Positions 61,051 through 64,000 of a stretch of DNA of 64,000 nucleotides are shown here, one piece after another. A program made the translations under genes and the position numbers. Each line of letters begins with the position of its first letter. The stretch's first letter is position 1. Below the pieces are notes generated by a model. It saw only the letters and a program-made list of their open reading frames with translations. It was not told where the DNA came from and ran no database searches. Source of the stretch: Vicinamibacterales bacterium (GTDB taxonomy: Bacteria; Acidobacteriota; Vicinamibacteria; Vicinamibacterales; JAMQPK01); NCBI GenBank assembly GCA_963746535.1, contig CAVVBP010000010.1, positions 899,209-963,208 on the forward strand, written 5' to 3'.

Positions 61051-61983
61051 ATGTCAGTCGTGCCACCACCACCGCCCGGGCGTGCGAACAGCCCGCAGGG
61101 GCAGTGGGAACGGCGAAACGCTGCCGATCTGTTGCAAGCCAACTTTCGAACCACCATGCGTGGATTCGATCGTGAGGAAGTGCGTACGGCTCTCGAAAGC
61201 GTCGCGGCCGACTATCGTGCACTTCAGCTGCAGAACGCATCGCTCCAGCGCCAGCTTGCCGATCTCGAGGCCGTCCTGCAGGCCTACCAGGATAACCGCT
61301 CGAACGGCGGCACCGCGCTGACCGCCAGTCAGGCGCTTCAGCGCGCCAACAGTGAAGCACGAGCGATCCTCGTGCGTGCCTACGCCCAGGCCGAGGAAAC
61401 CATGGCGCGCGTCACGGCATTAAGGAAAGATGCCGAACGCCCTATCGAAAACGTCGAACACGATCAGAAGAATTTCCAGGTTCTGCTGGCGTCCACGGTC
61501 TCCGAGCTGATGGCGATCGTCAAGGCGGCCGAGCAGAATCCCTACGATTTCGCGACGCCGCCGCCCGCGGCTGCGCCGTTGCGGCTCGAGGCCAACACGA
61601 CGCGAGTGGCCTGGCCAGTCGTGGACGCCGAGCCGGTCGCCAAGGCCGATCCTGTCGGGCACGTGCCTTTCGTACCGCGCGTGCAAGAGCCGGTTGTCCA
61701 TGAGGAACCCGCGGCGTTCGTGCAGTACGAAAGCCCCTTCTTGCTCGCGCAGGCCCAGCCCACGCACGTAAGCGAACCTGAGCTCGATCGCTTCGATCGG
61801 GTCGAGCCGGCCCCGCGGGGCGCGCTGGTGCCGATCGACTTCGTTCCCCGTACTCAGCGACGCAGCCTCATTGCTGCTGTCGAAGCGCATTCCGACGCAC
61901 CAGCCCCGGTCGATCCAATGGACGCCATCCTGAAGGCGCTCGACAAGGCCATGGTCGAAATACCCACCCTGCGGCGGGAGTAG
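61051..61983 (+). CDS. DivIVA domain-containing protein
   Basis: In ORF 60763..61983 from ATG 61051 (SD AGGAGG). FRTTMRGFDREEVRTALESVAADYRALQ plus a coiled coil. Confidence 0.7.
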   Translation: MSVVPPPPPGRANSPQGQWERRNAADLLQANFRTTMRGFDREEVRTALESVAADYRALQLQNASLQRQLADLEAVLQAYQDNRSNGGTALTASQALQRANSEARAILVRAYAQAEETMARVTALRKDAERPIENVEHDQKNFQVLLASTVSELMAIVKAAEQNPYDFATPPPAAAPLRLEANTTRVAWPVVDAEPVAKADPVGHVPFVPRVQEPVVHEEPAAFVQYESPFLLAQAQPTHVSEPELDRFDRVEPAPRGALVPIDFVPRTQRRSLIAAVEAHSDAPAPVDPMDAILKALDKAMVEIPTLRRE

Positions 61984-62183
61984 CCGGGGGGGGCGCCAAA
62001 TGTCTGCCGCCCATGGGTAGAGCCGACAAAAGTTCGTAATCCAAAGGTCTTTCCGGCCAAACACCGCAGATTTCGGGCTAAACGACCCGGCGAACGGGGC
62101 ATGCGAGTTGCTATTTGCGCTTCATGCTCGTTCTCCAGGCTCAGTGTGGGCCTTTACTGGCGCGTGCCCGGCGCGAATCGCTG

Positions 62184-64000
62184 ATGACCCGACTAATCAT
62201 CGTCGCTCAAATCTGCCTGCTACCCTTGACGTTGCTGCTGGGAACCGCGCGCACTGTTCACGCGCAGGAAACCTGGACGACGCTTCCGACGATCGCGACC
62301 TCGGATACGACCGGCGAAAAGCCGCAGTCGAAAGTGTGGTTCAACGGGCATACATGGTGGGCCGTCCTGCCGACCACCGCAGTTACGCCGACGGGCACCT
62401 GGCTCTTCCGGCTCGAACCCAATAACACGTGGACTCCCGTACTCCAGGTGACGTCGCTGAGGGGCAAGGCCGACACGAAAGCCATCGGCAACATCACGCA
62501 CGTGCTCGTCGCGGGGACCTCGTCGTCTCAACTCGTCTCTCTCGAGTACGTCCCGGCGTCCAACACATATCAACTGTGGTCGGCGCGGCCGACGCCGACG
62601 CCGGTGTACGTCGGCGAGACTGGAACGATCGATCTGGACTCAACGGGTCGTATGTGGCTTGCCACGGACAGCCCAAGCACCGTCGAGGTGTACTACAGCG
62701 ATTACCCCTACTCGACGTTCACGGGACCACAGTATCTGGCGACCGATACGAGCAGCGGCCAAATCACCTCTGTGGTGGCGCTGCCGAACAACACCGTCGG
62801 GGTGTTCTGGACAAATTTCGCCGCCCAGCGGTGGGGGTTCAGAGCCCACGTCGATGGCACCGATCCGACGGCGTGGCTCGCCGACGAAGCGCCGGGATGG
62901 GCCTTTCACCCGAATCAAGACATGGCCGACGACCATGTCAACCTGGCGGTGGCGAGCGATGGAACGCTGTACGCCGCGGTGAAGGCTGGCCACGCGTCTT
63001 CGTCTGTTCCGCTGATGTACCTGCTCGTCAGGCACCCGGGATCTGGTGGAAGCGGCACCTGGGACGATATTTACCCCGTCGGCAACAGCGGCACACGACC
63101 GGCTCTCGTGCTGAACGAAGATACGCAGAAACTGCAAGTCTTCATCAGCCAGTCTGGCGGTATTTACCTTTATGAGTCGCCGAAATGGCCGATCAGCTTC
63201 GGTCCCGGCCAGCTCGCGTTGTCTGGCACATTGAACGATCCCACCAGCACGAAAGACACGTGGGCCGGCCGTCTCGTCATGCTCGCCTCCAACGGAGGCA
63301 CGCACGGGCTGCTCATCACATCAGTACAAGGCCTCGTCGGTTCCTGGAAGATGAACGAGGGCAGCGGAACGCAGCTGCGCGACACATCCGGCTGGGGCAA
63401 CAACGCGAATCTCTCGGGCAGCCCCGCATGGACGCCGGTGCTGAACGGCTACGCGCTGACGTTGAACGGATCCACGCATGGCGTGGTTTCCGATCAGGCG
63501 AATCTCAACCTCACGACGGCCATCACGCTGAGCGCCTGGGTCAAACCGAATCTTCTCGCAACCCAGGACGTCATCAGCAGAGCCACGTTCGGCAGCGTCG
63601 ACGGTTACGCGCTGTCGCTGTTGTCGAACGGCAAGGCATCCGTCCATTTCAACCAGGCGTCGTTTGGCGATATCTATCGACTGGACTCGACGACGTCGTA
63701 CCCGACGAGCGGAAACACATGGATGCACATCGCCGCCACCTATAACGGCAGCACCATGCGGCTCTACATCAACGGCGTCGAAGAGAACTGGACGCCAGGG
63801 CCCGCGGCCATTGCGGCGAACCTCCTGAGCGTCGGCATCGCCGGGCAAGCCAACGGATCGCGCCGTTTCCGCGGCGACATGGATGACGTGCGCGTGTACA
63901 ACTACGCGCTCACACCCGCTGAAGTGGCCACGCTGTCGAGCAACGGTCCGGTGAAAGCCGACCTGATGGTCACCAAGAGCGACTCGGTCACGACGGTCTA
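62184..64000 (+). CDS. Secreted LamG (concanavalin A-like) domain protein, partial; runs off the window end
   Basis: Not in the ORF track because no stop lies in the window. I translated it codon by codon from ATG 62184 with no stop to nt 64000. Signal MTRLIIVAQICLLPLTLLLGTARTVHA. LamG-type segment LVGSWKMNEGSG...MHIAATYNGSTMRLYINGV...FRGDMDDVRVYNYALT. The end resembles a DUF11-type repeat (ADLMVTKSDS). Confidence 0.75.
   Translation, partial: MTRLIIVAQICLLPLTLLLGTARTVHAQETWTTLPTIATSDTTGEKPQSKVWFNGHTWWAVLPTTAVTPTGTWLFRLEPNNTWTPVLQVTSLRGKADTKAIGNITHVLVAGTSSSQLVSLEYVPASNTYQLWSARPTPTPVYVGETGTIDLDSTGRMWLATDSPSTVEVYYSDYPYSTFTGPQYLATDTSSGQITSVVALPNNTVGVFWTNFAAQRWGFRAHVDGTDPTAWLADEAPGWAFHPNQDMADDHVNLAVASDGTLYAAVKAGHASSSVPLMYLLVRHPGSGGSGTWDDIYPVGNSGTRPALVLNEDTQKLQVFISQSGGIYLYESPKWPISFGPGQLALSGTLNDPTSTKDTWAGRLVMLASNGGTHGLLITSVQGLVGSWKMNEGSGTQLRDTSGWGNNANLSGSPAWTPVLNGYALTLNGSTHGVVSDQANLNLTTAITLSAWVKPNLLATQDVISRATFGSVDGYALSLLSNGKASVHFNQASFGDIYRLDSTTSYPTSGNTWMHIAATYNGSTMRLYINGVEENWTPGPAAIAANLLSVGIAGQANGSRRFRGDMDDVRVYNYALTPAEVATLSSNGPVKADLMVTKSDSVTTV

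Overview
High-GC bacterial chromosomal window. The protein signatures suggest an Acidobacteriota-like soil organism, but this is inference only. I call about 58 protein genes. I recognised no rRNA, tRNA, CRISPR array, transposase or integrase. Left 11 kb: an accessory signalling island with an ECF43-type sigma factor and three paralogous Ser/Thr kinases fused to PD40/TolB-like propellers (one intact, two frameshifted). It also holds four paralogous small secreted HExxH proteins, each behind the same structured 5' leader. This island is my top candidate for an undescribed system. 11-18 kb: queG, three tandem PQQ-dependent dehydrogenase paralogs and a dihaem cytochrome c. 18-48 kb: mostly housekeeping genes (acnA, lpxB, an M16 peptidase pair, lpxD, nfo, AMMECR1/Memo, gatCA, rpoZ, hsp20, dnaK, xseAB, ispA, tlyA, nadK, P-II, purA, rnc, a PP2C phosphatase, cutA, ftsB, dedA). 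48-53 kb: a livFGMHK-type ABC operon shattered by frameshifts. 53-64 kb: an aldo-keto reductase, an exported methyltransferase, a large glycoside-hydrolase-like protein, a TetR operon with two palindromic operators, a DivIVA-domain protein, and a LamG-domain ORF that runs off the window and is missing from the ORF track. Several short repeat families recur across the window: GGGATT/TTAGGG-like hexamer tracts (intergenic and inside kinase coding sequence), TGCCAT-hexamer hairpins, and a 20-bp-stem palindrome found once intergenically and once in frame inside a gene. All ten frameshifts I resolved by hand are single-nucleotide insertions, and they cluster in paralogous or repeated genes. That points to assembly or polishing error rather than real gene decay. 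Functional calls rest on motif recognition by eye; no searches were run.
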